From positions 186,001 to 250,000 of the forward strand of contig BAAIJX010000027.1 in assembly GCA_054600435.1 (NCBI GenBank): a DNA stretch of 64,000 nt. The letters are read 5' to 3'. This document shows, in pieces, positions 11,520-23,657 of the stretch. Made by a program: the position numbers and the translations under genes. The stretch's first letter is position 1; every line of letters begins with the position of its first letter. Source of the stretch: Neophaeotheca triangularis (lineage: Eukaryota). Under the pieces are notes generated by a model. The model was not told the origin of the DNA and ran no database searches. It saw only the letters and a program-made list of their open reading frames with translations.

Positions 11520-14298
11520 CTAGTAGAGCAGTTTGAGCTCGTAGCTAGAAGAGCTGGTGTTTTGGGTCGTCATCAGATCGCCGTCGCACTGCACGTCGGT
11601 CGCGCAGGCATCCCATTCACGCTTCAATTTCGATGGACTGTCAGGGTGAATCTCATTGAATTCTGCAGTCATGTCTTGTCCCTCAGGAAGTTCCTTGATG
11701 CAGTCGTCGTCGAACAGAACGTGAAGGCCTTGTCGACTGATGTGAACAGTGCGTACAACCTGGGTCGGCTCAATGTTGCATTTCATTGCCAGGGTGGTGA
11801 CGAAGTCTTTCAGCGTCCGTTGCATCAGATAAACCGCTCGGTGGTAGTGGTCGTTGCTGTGTCTGCCAGCAGTGCGCGACTGCACGAAGAAGCATGCGAC
11901 TGGCTTGACGGCGCGCTCGGGCGGCGGCTGGTAGCTTTGGTCAACACCGACGGCCTCGATCCATCCAGAGGAGCTTCCGTCCACAGGTGAGCGTGTTTGC
12001 ACCTTGACAGCTTGATGTTCTGGCGAGCTGGGCCGGCCCTGAAGGTTTGCAGTCGGCTGCGCAGGTTGCTGAATGTCCATCGTCGCTGTCTGCGTATTGC
12101 TGCGCCAGTCGGTCGAGTTCACCCTCGAAGGTCCACCAAACGGTGTCGGCTGCTGCATGTTCGAATCGCGTCGACTACCAACGAGGGAGTTATGGCTGGG
12201 ACTTGGCGATACGAGTGATGAAGTAGTGCCCGTCACACTCTGGCGCTCCCAGGACGTGGCGTCAATCGACGTAGTTCGCTGCAAAGGTTCGGCTTCGCCC
12301 GGAAGCGACACTGGATGTAGATCGGGGTCATCCTCCTCAGAACCTCGTAGATACAGAACACTAGCCGGGCGCGTCGAGCTGAACATGTCCTGGAGCGTCA
12401 GAAGCTTGGTGTGTAGGTCTTCTTCGGCACTGGGCCTGCCAGATGTCGAGCCTTGAGAGGCCATCGACCAAGTTCTGCGGTGCTTCGCAATCTTGCCCGG
12501 GCGCTGATCCCCGTTACCCTTCGAAACGGAGCCACTGCGCTTGCGTTTTCCTAGGTCTCGCATACCAGACTCGATTTGAGCAATTTGTTGGTTCAGCTTG
12601 TCAATGTTTTTTTTTACGTGCGCGACGTCGTTTGACAGTTTGCGTTCAGCTCCGTGGTCACGAAAGAGCTTGACTTTGCAATAGCAAACTTCCGGGTCCG
12701 ACTTGGACAGGGCCGGGGAGTCCTCGATCGCTTCGGTCTTCGCGCATAGACGAACTGGTATGCCCTTGACGCCTTTGGAGTGGCTAAAATCGGTGGAAAG
12801 GAAGTTGAACCGCACGGAAATCGGACATTCAGGCGCAGCTGGGGAAGGCCTCCAGTTCACGCAGAACCCATCGTACGAAGCAGACTCGAGCTCAACATGG
12901 GGTTTGTTGGGGTTATCGCCAGACGAAATCTGAGAACATTCGACGAATTCGACGGCTTGTAGGCGGCCTCCGCGCTGGTGCGCTTCGTTCGTGCCACGGC
13001 CTTCCTTCCATAGTTGCCAGCAGCCAGCTGGACGTTGGCGTTGCTGCTCGTCCTCAAATGACACGCGCACGAATGTACGGTACCTTACTGAGCCGTTGTG
13101 AGGCTGTCGGGCTGCTGTAGTATCGAAGACGTTGAGAGTGTAGGCCTGGCCCTTATTGAGATACGTGATCGGGATCTCATCTACATGTTTTGTCATTGCG
13201 GTAGGCGCGTTTAATGTGCAGTGGAAACGGAATCTAGAAGGGTTAGCGATTTTTGTAATTCCAACGGAGTGTACATTGAACCTACTGGTCTGCGGCTTGG
13301 TGTGGTGCCAATGGTGCCTGAACTGCGCCCTGCATGGACTGCTGCTGGAATACCATTTCAGGCGAATGATGCTGCTGCTGCGGCATTTCGTGCTCCAGGC
13401 TCATACCGTCCATTGGTGAATCCTCGATCTTTTCGTTGAAGTCGAAGGACGGGTGATTGGAAAACTGATGCGGGGGGAATCCTTGCGGATGGTGCATCTG
13501 GAACGGGTTCACGTTCTGAAAGTGGTGGGGTTGCATTTGGTGCATTTGTTGTCCGTGGAAATGTTCGAAAGCGGCGACTTGATGACCAGCATTCAAGGCG
13601 CCCTCGGACATTGGCAGCGAAAGAGGTGTACCAAGACCACCCATCATGAAGCCAGGAGTGTGCAGATCACCGGCTTGACTGTGATAGTAGGTGTTGGTGC
13701 CGCCAGGCGTTGGAGTGTAGTATCCAGGCATCTGATTTGCAAACAAGTTGAAACTGTCACTGTTGGGATCCATGACTGACGGTGTGAGACCGGAGGTACC
13801 AAAGTTCCAAGCCTGATTCGATGCCTTTGGCGTGGGTTCGGCGTCCTTTGCATCTCGCGGGGTTTGATCGTGCGGCCTGAGTCACCATGTCAGCGACCAA
13901 GACGTTGGAAATGGCGTACGTGTATCTTGCTTGCACTGCTCTGTCATAGAGCCATGGATCTGGAAAACATACCGAGAGTCGGACTGCGTATTTTGGCCAT
14001 CGTTTAATGAGGCTGCACCTTGGGCAGCAGCGGCGATTGACACGCTGCTCGGATGTTGGACTCCATTCAGCGAGGCAAAGTTTGCTTTGAAGTGCTTGTA
14101 GAGATCATCGCTTGGTTTCTGGGACTGCCTGCAATGAACAATGTGTTGTTGGTTAGCTGTTGCAGTAGTAGGTATGGTTTGCGCGACGTGAGCGCCAATC
14201 CCAAGGTAGCGAGCGGCCTGAGGTGCGCATTGCTGGGCTGGGCTGCTGGCGTCAGCCTCATCAGCCTTCTGACTGTCAACGTACCTGTTTCGGAACAT
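11520..14298 (-). CDS. Grainyhead/CP2 family transcription factor; exons 14298-14285, 14128-13973, 13876-13286, 13233-11520
   Basis: FRFHCTLNAPTAM..EIPITYLNKGQAY, NFLSTDFSHSKGVKGIPVRLC, CKVKLFRDHGAERK (CP2 DNA-binding domain); canonical splice sites keep the frame. Confidence 0.92.
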
Positions 14299-14392
14299 GG
14301 CTGCTGCACTGTGGTCGGTCGTTCTAGCAGGTGGCTCGAGTTTGCCGGAAGAACAAGGGCATCGGCTGCATGTGAGGGAGGGTGAAGACGAT

Positions 14393-14419
14393 GAGGAGGA
14401 GGAGGAGGAGGAGGAGGAG
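14393..14419. repeat. (GGA)n microsatellite upstream of the Grainyhead gene
   Basis: Visible trinucleotide run. Confidence 0.9.
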
Positions 14420-17400
14420 TAGTGGTGAAGAGCGCACAAATGGCGTCGAGCACACGGTAGTTGGGCAGGCTGGTAGTATAGTAAAGGTAAGGTAAGGTAG
14501 TCTTGGTGCGTACGGTACGGAGTTGCTGGGTGAAACGGAGGGCCAGATTATTAAACCGTCAGCCACAGGAGCGACAAGGAGCGACAAGGAGCTCTAACTT
14601 TAAAGAGCGGTAGGAAAGCCACGACGTGCTGCAGGGGTGCACCACGCTAAGGAGACACGTTCTCATCCGATCGCGGCATCGGCCGGTGGGAAGCAGTACC
14701 TAGGCAGTACCTAGGCAGTTACATAGGGTCCAGCTCTCGCACAATGCTGCGAAGCCATTGCTTTCATAGGCTGCATCTGCTCGCCTGAATGTGTTTCCCC
14801 GTTACCAGTGTTTCAAGACTGCCCAGGTGGGTAGAGTACGTACGGCTGCGCCACACAAGACGCCACACATGGGTCGTTCCAAACGCCGCATGTTGAGCCA
14901 CGTACCCACTTGCCCAGCCCCACTAGCCACAGAGCTGCAGCTGTGTGCCACAACAAGGGTCAACCGAGGACGCCGCAGTCGGCTTGCCCTGGTGATTTCT
15001 GCCGCGACGTGATCTAACGCCGCTAGCACACGCTTGCCAAGCCAATGGCGCTCGGCATTGCTGCTCTTGGGCATGTTCCCGTACCTCCCCCTCTCGACCA
15101 TTTTATTATTACGGGCTGCAGATGCTCCAGACGGCTCGCCGGACTGGTCACGGGCTGCTATTTCTCGTCTTCCCACCGATAGGCAAAGCCACATGGATGC
15201 CCAGTCCCAACGCTATACTTTTCGACTCGCCCTTCGCGACGTACGTTTGCAGTCACAACAAAGTCAATTTCTCGCCGTCGACCCGTCCATAGAACCGACT
15301 GAAGCGGTAACGACGAGGCCGAGCGGTTAGACTGGCCACTAGAAGATTCGAAATGCGATGCTCCCTTGCAAATGTCCGACGCTTTGCTTTACGGTAAGGC
15401 TGTTTCGGGAAATCCTCATCACGCTAGGAGGCTATAACAGCAATAATATCATAGAAAGGAGTAAAATGAGACAAGAGCCGCAAACGGGACGTAGAACTGA
15501 TTTCGGTACCAACTTCCATCATCACTACTATGTCGATACGGCTGACGCCAGGGCTGTACTGTGTACACCCTAGAGCTACAGGACCATGTGTTCTCGCTCC
15601 CCTCTGTTCATAGCATACAGATACCAATTACGGTCCGATGCGTTCAATGGTGTCGTTATTAGTCGTGGTCAATAGAGCAATGGGCTGTGGACACCTTGCT
15701 ATAAACAGCGCACGTATAGCCTATTAGACGGCTATTGAACGACTGATTTGCGAATAGCTCAAGGTTAGCGATATTGATATTAACAATCAATACATTCGAA
15801 TAGCCATCATCAGAGAGCGATAAGGCGCGAGTCAATGACAGCCCGTCGCGTGCAAATCTCCTGGGTCATGGGTATAGCGTACCGAAGCGAAGGCAGTTGT
15901 TCTTAGTGCTCCACTACAGAGCCAACTAGCCGCGGGAATCGTTCGATCCCCAGCTCAAGAAACCGATCTAATGGTAATAGCGAGAACTCCTTATGAAGGT
16001 ACCGAAAGTAGGTCTGTATCAGAGTCGCCTCGGCGGGCCACTGCTGCTACGTGGATGGCGGTTATGTTATCAGCCGTCACAAGCGCACTGGGCGGTCAAA
16101 GTCGTTCGGGTAGGGCAGTCGCGTGAGTCGCATGGTGAAGCCTAATAATAACAGTACCTTAATGAATTACCTACCTAGGCAACGGGTAGGTTCTTGCAAC
16201 TGCTTGGTGACATGGGGTGTGGCTGTGCAGGGTCTCGCTGTGGCTGAAGCACTTTTACACGGCACGGCACTACTACCAGTACTGCTCTGCTGCAGTCTGC
16301 GACATCAAGGGGATCGGCAGGGCCAGATGGCTCGAGTCGAAGACGATCAAGAGCTCATGCGTATACAAAGCATCCCGTCCAGTAATTAGCAGTCAATCTC
16401 TAGAGCCCTACATGCAGCAATTTCGGTGCTTCCGATAGTGAAAGACTCCTTGAGCAGATCGTTGTCTAGGGGGCTAAATGTTAGAGGTGTCCGACGCAGG
16501 TGCCGCTAGGCTCTAGCCCATCAGTTTCTCCCGTCTAGGCGAAGAGGAGCCACACGCCTCACTTGTGCTGACGAGCCACATGCTTATGTCATTTAGACGT
16601 ATACTGGAGGAGTACCTTAAGATTGTAGACGTCGGGTTGCGGGAAGAAAGGCGAGACGAGCGGAAGGGCACCGCAGCTCGGTTAAGCTGCTGAGGAGTCG
16701 TATCTGCCTTGCGCGCAGAGCGCTTGGCGGCCTACCTACCTCCTAGTACCCACCTCTTCTTTTCTTTCTTTTTTTGAGAATTTCTACCTACCACCGCGCT
16801 ACACTCGGGTAAAGAAGATACGATGATGCGCCATTGCCGTCATTGTTAGTTACTGTGTTTCTCGAAAGCAACCTTACCTAGAACCTGACTGCATGTCTTG
16901 GCGTGATGATGAGGCGAGGAAGTTGCGCCTAGCCCACCCAACACAGACTACCTAAGACGGGTAGCGTCAAAGTTGCTCTCGCAGGTTGCTTCGAACTCAT
17001 TGGCATTGCCCGTTACTGCAAAGTACCTAGGTAGTAGTACTACTGCTATGCCCGCCCTGTACTCCGGATAGTGGAAAGATGGAGGATCGCCCTTGGTAGC
17101 ATTGAGTATGGAGTCATGGATAGCGTAGCAGAACGAACTGACCTGGTACAGTCCCGCTAGCAGTAATCGCCATGAGCATGCACGACAGTACTAGTATGAA
17201 TGAGCAAATATCGTCAACCTCCCTCCTTGGCTTTGTTTTTTGGCCCTGGACTTGTTACGACCACAAGCACAGCCATCAGACTCTCATCATGAGCAACCCA
17301 TGCGTATCACAGAACAGGCACGCGCTACGATTTGCCTGGCACAAAAACATGTAATCTCGAGTACTGGAAACACAGGCTTGTTCCTGCCACTATCAAGCCC

Positions 17401-17562
17401 ACGCTGCAGTTACACGATCTAGGTGACTGTCTCCCGAGAGGCTCGCGATATCGTAATTCCTCTTGAAGCTGCGCGGCTTGACAAGCTCCCAATCTCACAC
17501 GGAACAGACTCGAGCAATCTCTTTCTGTCTCGAGCTCTGTAAGTCGTAGCAGATCGTCTCCG

Positions 17563-19730
17563 TCAACCAACATGGCTCGGACGTCGAACATTCTCCTTTG
17601 CCCTACCGTCACCGGATCCAGCTGCCGATACATACGTGCCCCCAAGATGCAGAGGCGGTGCAACACTCTGTGACGTCGAGAGTCCTCCATGGCCTTGCTG
17701 CCCGGCATTCGATCCATTGCTACCTCCGCTATCCCTCGTAGGTGCGCCTGTGACCGCTTTCGCCGCCGCCGCCGCCGCTGCTGCCGCCGCCGCTGGAGAG
17801 CTGCGCAACGTACTCGTGTGCTCGATCAGGCGATTACTCGGCGGACTTGAGATGATATTCCCAGCGTCCCGCGTCCAGGGTCCAGACCCGTGGCTCGCAC
17901 GAGAGCCCTGATACATTGGCTCATTGTTTGGCCTCATAGGCAAGGACTGCGAGCCGCTGTAACGTGAACTGGACTTTGATCCACTGCGTTCCAAAACGTC
18001 GTCAGAATGCTTGATGGCGGTCATCAAGCTCGAGGAAGAGTCTTCTCTATCTTGCCTCGGTCGCGCTAGCGACGGTATGTAGGCCGGCGAAGGAATCTTG
18101 GAAGCTCTATGAGAAGCTGAAGAAAGTGAGACGTCAGCAAGAGGCGGCAGTGTAGGCGATATTATTGGCTCCGGGATGGGAGAAGATTGCGCTCTCTCCC
18201 CAAGTGCCGGCGTGGAAGCCGATTTGCGCAAAGCACGATCGTGGCCCACGTTACCTGACTGAACACTGAAAGTCGCGTCGATTGCGGCAGCGTCGTCGCC
18301 GAAATCAAAGGAGAAACGTCTATCGATTGCTGGAGCGATCGGTGAAGCGATACCCACTTGCGGCGAAAGGCGAAACTTCTGCATGAAACCACTTGCTTTG
18401 GACATGAAGGATTCATTGCCAAGCGTACGCGCACTGCCCTTGCGTCTGGTTGGCGTAGGTGAAATGGCCGCTTGCTTGCTGGGTTGCGATGTGGGTTGGC
18501 CGGCTTTATGATGGAGTTCAGGCGGCGATGTGCCTGATTCCCAGAGCTGGTTTTGCTCACGGAAAAGCTCAAAAAGATGGGGCAGAACAGCCTCGGCACT
18601 AATGCCACGACGCCTAGAAAGCGTGGTCGCTATGCGCCTGATCGCAACAAGGTCCGGGTCTTGCTCTGGCGAGTCCTCGTCTTTTGTGTCATCGAATTCG
18701 TCGGGCAGCATGTCGCCACCACCGCTAAACGTTGAGATCGACATGTTGTTCTCAGAGGTTGCAGTGGATCGACGACGCAAGCGCTTGGCCTCTATGGCTT
18801 CAGCTTGCTCATCCAGCATTGACGCTTCTGCGAGAGTGCTCGGTTCAAAACGAGGTGGCGTGCCGAAAGGTAGGTCCTGGTGCACTCGAGTGCTTGATGA
18901 CTTCTTCGTCAATTTCCGACTGAGCCTCTTCATAATATATGACGGAGACCGCGGTGCTGCCTTCATAGTCGCTGCGTGTTGTCAGTGAAAGTGCGTCAAG
19001 GAACGTGGGACCGCTACTGCTTACCTCTCTGGCTGCTATAACCGCGATCACTAAAGAGTTTAGTTCCTTCGAGGAACTCCAAGACGGTCTCCTTACGATC
19101 GGTCACCGCTTCCTCCTCTGCACTCTCCTTCTGCTTTCTCCGTAACACACTCTCCTGCCTGGCCATGGTGACGCCTGCCAGGCCCCGGTTGCTCTTCGAG
19201 ATGATGATTTCCAGACGTTTGACCTCGTCCTTGTACAAGGCCTTTTCTTCTTCCCACTTCTGTTCAGCGGCGTGATTCTTCAAAGCAACGCTGTAAGACC
19301 GGTCGAGCTCCCTGTCAAGCTGGGTCCGCGCTTCAGCCAAATCGTCCTTAAGGTGACGGTAGCACTCGAAGATTCGCATGAGGATGTTGTTGAATTTCGG
19401 GTCGAGGCCCTTCAGCGGAAACTCCATGAGCTGTATCATGACTCCTTCCACCAGACTATCGGGGTCCGGATCGGGAAAGGGGTCTGCAACCGGCCATGAA
19501 GGTAATTCTGGTAAGGTCGTACCCAGAACGGTACTATCATAGGCCTCGGCGGGCAGAGATGCCAAAGAAGCATGACTGTGGCTTGTGAAGTAGGAAGAAA
19601 GTTTGGGCTTGACACGCTTCTTGGGCGTAGTGGCCACAGAGGCTGCCTCGGTGTCCTTGTCTTCGTTGGCTGCCGCTGGTCGAGGGCGGCCTCCGGGTAC
19701 CTTTCGCCGCCACTGGGCAACTTCGGCCAT
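17563..19730 (-). CDS. Hypothetical protein with a coiled coil and a Ser-rich disordered C-terminus; intron 19024-18972
   Basis: MAEVAQWRRK start; coiled coil EQKWEEEKALYKDEVKRLEIII; GTAAGC...CTGAC...CAG intron joins SSQR-ATMK in frame. Confidence 0.8.
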
Positions 19731-20500
19731 GACGCTGGGGAACTGTGGAAGTTGGCGATAGGTGTGGCGTGGAAAATGAGAAGGTCGGCTGCAGAAGTGA
19801 AGCAGATGTAATGTCGTACAGAGGTTGCTGGGGCGGTGACGTCGGGTTGGCTTAAGAGGCAACAAGAAGGGAAGGTACGACCAAATGTCACAGGCAAGAT
19901 ACGGCAAACGCCGGTAACCGCACAAGAGAGGCAGGCAGCGATAAGAGCACGAATAAAGGTGTTATACGAATCTATCAACTTTCAGTACGCCCTCGTTGAT
20001 ACTGGGTACGGATTACCTGCAAAACTTGGCCAAATCCGAAAGCCACGATGCTTTCATCTTTGTGACAGACGTGCCCAAGGCAGCGAACACTCTGTCTTTT
20101 GCAGCTCGCAAAGCTGCTTGCATTGGGCGGGAGATTGTCGCCAACTCTTCATGCACGAGAGTGCCAACGGCTGGTGGCACTAGTGTTTGGTAATGAGACG
20201 GCAATGTTGATTTTGGCACGTTGATAATCCTTCAGTCTGCCTCGCATGGGGAGAGCGAGGCGCTGTACACACATATGCCGTGTGAATGGGGAGGGGGGTG
20301 GGCTTTGTTAAGCAAAAGGGGCGGTGCATCTTACACTTCCAGGAGATGAAGGGATATTCAGACTTGAGAGAAGGCTTCGGGTTCCTTGCTACATGATCGA
20401 ATAGCGCGTACGCCTTGCGCTCATGCTTGCGCGCACTCTTCGGAAAAAGATCCTTGACGCCGTCGTGTACCTTCGCCCATCATGCTCACACATGAATCCC

Positions 20501-20925
20501 TCAAGCCGCATCACGCTTGCCCTCCTTGACCTCCTTCTGCGCGTTTGTTAGCCACCACCATATCTAACGTCCGCATCAGCCCGAACAAAACGTACCAACG
20601 CCCTCATGGTGCCGTGCAGAGCATGCCTGTGGTTTCTCCTGAACTTGGGGTCGGTGCCTTTGAGCGAAGGGTATCTGTTGGTCTTTGGCTTCTTGATACT
20701 GTTTTGTTCCATCTGTCAGCCACTGCCACTCATTTAAACGCTTCCATAGCCTCTTTCCTCCCATCCAATGACTGTAAACCTGTGGCGCGAGGAGCAGTGT
20801 GGTGTATCGTACCCGTTCTTGTGGTTCTTCTTCGACTGGTTGTGCTGGGACGAGTTCTTGGATTCTGGGCAATCATCAGCGGCTGTTAAATCGTTTCAAG
20901 CCTCTGGCGTCAACATACTGGCCAT
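20501..20925 (-). CDS. RPL29: 60S ribosomal protein L29 (eL29); exons 20925-20919, 20864-20813, 20698-20596, 20536-20501
   Basis: Spliced product [65 protein letters not shown]; missed by the ORF track. Confidence 0.96.
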
Positions 20926-21461
20926 TGCGACGGTCCTTGTGAGTTCAGCTTGGGTATTGAATGGTTTGGCGTAACTGGTCTCGAAATGTTCTTGCGCTTG
21001 AAGTTGAGGATTATCGCACAGTGGGCGGTGATGCACGTGCCATGTACCGCCAAGAAACCCGATAACCCTCGCTTGACCTCATCGCAACTTCAATCGCTTC
21101 GTCAGCTGGCCAAGCTACTGGTTGCCTTAACACACCTAGGTATGAATATGTAGTAGTGAGACACAAGATGTGTTGGCCGGGAAATGGTGACTAGAGCGCG
21201 GCTTGGGGTATTCTCCTAAGCATTCTTATTCAATGTTACTGCTTCGCTGTACCATTGGCAACCTGGAAGCATCAGCACGATCAGTCATCCACGAGAACGA
21301 GTTCAGTTGGGACTGCTTGACGGAACGAGGGTATACAACAGCCAAGGTGTATATATCAGTGTATCTTCAAGACTTAGTCTGCAACCTGCGCCAACAGTAC
21401 CAATACCACGACCCCAACCGCTCGCGATCAAATACACGTCTTCAACAATTTTACTCTTAGC

Positions 21462-22549
21462 ATGGCTGATCTCTCAAACGCCCTCATTCAATTGCGCAGC
21501 GCAAGTATCGGCCATTTCGCGGCTACCAACGACGACTGTCGAGTATTGAGGGAAATGGCAGCAGCACTGGGCGTCAATTTCAATAGTCAGCCCGTGACAG
21601 TAGGTCGAGGAGAGCGCGCCGAAGCCTGGTACTGCTTCTACTGCTTCTCCTTCACTGGCTAATATTTCAAACTAACCGGCACATAGCTGATTCATTGCTG
21701 TTCATCACTTCAGCAAGGCCGGGGGGTACCTCGAAGCCCCGAATGTCAAGTCGCCAATACACATTGATTACGGTCTCAAGGTGTCCATTCAGCGTACTGT
21801 TCCATCAACCTCGACTGCATGACTGTAGACAGTCCAGAGCAGCCGATTACTATCGGCGAACGCCCCCTGGTAGATTCCGCTGTACACATTTACGGAGTTA
21901 CACTGCCAAAGAACCCGGTGACGAGAGACGGCAGAAGCGGGCCGAGTTTAGGAGGCGCACTACTAATTGGTAACGATTGTTTCATGGGGGAAAGCAGTGT
22001 CATTCTGGTGAGTATCTGCCTCTGAATTCCCTTTCGCCCCGTCCCCGATGTGGCTAGATCGAAGTATCCAGACCCGGTGTCACTATCGACGACAACTGCA
22101 CAATCGGCGCGGGCTCTATCGTGTATCGATCAATCACGATGGAGCATGTTGCGGTGGGCATCCCAGCGCATCCAATTCGCAAGGTTTCGCCTGAGACTCC
22201 CGACGCGATTGGACTGAGGTATCGACAATATGGCGACAGAGTTGTTGTGGTGGGAGAGGAACGCCCGTTCAATAGCGACCGAACAAAGCGTCAGAGTCTT
22301 GTCCCAAAAATATCGATGATCGGTAGCGATAGCACTGTTAGGTCTTTGGGGCGGGCGGACTGCAACTCAGGGTGTTCCGGCCAATGGAATGGAGCAGAGT
22401 CCCGCGAAGCTCGAGGTATATTGGTTTCGAGGTGGTGCTGCTCGTCTGTTCCAGTCTTTTCGTATCACTGCTGGTGGACGATGCGTTTGGCTAGAGGATC
22501 TGTAGGAACCACGGTGGCATCGTGCTTGAAGACAGCCGATTGCTCCTAG
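21462..22549 (+). pseudogene. Degenerate maltose/galactoside O-acetyltransferase (left-handed beta-helix) gene
   Basis: VKSPIHIDYGLKVSIQ, then a 1-nt frameshift near 21792, then YCSINLDCMTVDS..ITIGERPLV..IYGVTLP..LIGNDCFMGESSVIL and PGVTIDDNCTIGAGSIV..VAVGIPAHPIRKV. The usual catalytic His (THP) reads TLP. Confidence 0.7.
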
Positions 22550-22896
22550 CGTGCATCTTCTTCAGCACCTTCCACCTCAATCTCCTCGCCTCCCCTCTTC
22601 CCATTATCAGTCGTCAAGCCCACAGCAGCTTCGGCCTCCTTTTGGCTATATGGCTCTTCTTTCATTTGCTTAACGCGCCTCTTGTGCGGCTTGCCTTTCG
22701 TATGCGCTCCGAAGTTGAGCTCGCTCTCAAAATGCTTTGCACACTCGATACAGTAGAAGTCGCCAAACCCTGGCAAATCCTCAGGCGCCTTGGTTTCCAG
22801 ATGCTGCTGAAGGTGTCTTTTTGATTGCAAGTCGGCGTGTATCTGATCGAGGTCGCGAGTGTGGTACCTCGTCTTACGGTCGGCTGTCTTCGGCAT
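22546..22896 (-). CDS. BUD20: Pre-60S zinc finger protein Bud20/ZNF593
   Basis: TRDLDQIHADL, EDLPGFGDFYCIECAKHF, HTKGKPHKRRVKQMKEEPYSQKEAEAAVG; CCGCCATG start context. Confidence 0.95.
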   Translation of the reverse strand: MPKTADRKTRYHTRDLDQIHADLQSKRHLQQHLETKAPEDLPGFGDFYCIECAKHFESELNFGAHTKGKPHKRRVKQMKEEPYSQKEAEAAVGLTTDNGKRGGEEIEVEGAEEDAR

Positions 22897-23268
22897 GGCG
22901 GATGTTATTGTGTTGTGTTCTTGCGACAACCTAGGCTCGAGTTGGTATCAGTGCCGCGCAAGCTCTGGAGTGTGAACTGTCGACAGTACTACTGGTAATT
23001 TCTTCCCAGGCCAGGCCGAGTTCGGGGCGCTAGAGGTCTAGAGAGGGATGCCGAACTTTTTTTTGCTACGTCTGTGCGCTACTGTTGTAGTCTGGGCAAG
23101 AGCAACCTCGGCTTTGCTGCTAGGGGACTTGGCAGCCACCGAATAGTACCCGACCTTTTGATTGATGAGCCGGGTTTGGTCGGAATACGTTCGGCTCAAG
23201 GCTCGAGAGAAAGAGCGTGTGAAAAGGATGTATATGTGCGGAGGAAAATGTGAGGTGATGGTGTATCG

Positions 23269-23293
23269 ATATTATTATTATTATTATTATTAT
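23269..23293. repeat. (TAT)n microsatellite in the BUD20/ACO1 divergent intergenic region
   Basis: Visible run. Confidence 0.9.
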
Positions 23294-23657
23294 ACATTCG
23301 GACTCACAACGAAGAGGTGCATAGAGACCTCAGCACGTGAAAGAGAGGCGCCAATAGCCAGCGCCCGTCGGATGCAAAGCTGCTGACCAATGAGGAGCTC
23401 ATGAGCGTCGCTTATCCGGCTCCGGCCATGCGGAGGCAAGCCTTGAAGTTCGAGCTGTGTGCTTCAAACGTGACGTTCCGTTTCTCTCCTCTCTTCACCT
23501 CCACACCCACACCCACCACCACCACCACCTCTCCTCTCCGACTCATCACCTTCAACACTGCTCCAGGGGCTGGTATCTGGCCGCAAGTTCCTCTTCATAC
23601 CCGCATCACCACCCGACTCGCGATACCCCTAGGACATAGCTGTTACATTTTGGCAAT

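Noticed and set aside
15730..15805. Imperfect AT-rich hairpin (GGCTATT/AATAGCC, TATTGAT/ATCAATA)
   Set aside because: Short stems, no target-site duplication or second copy; could be chance
15930..15957. GTTCGATCCC T-loop-like motif
   Set aside because: No cloverleaf or D arm upstream; not a tRNA
20390..20490. Possible hairpin in the RPL29 3' UTR
   Set aside because: GC-rich short stems with no independent support
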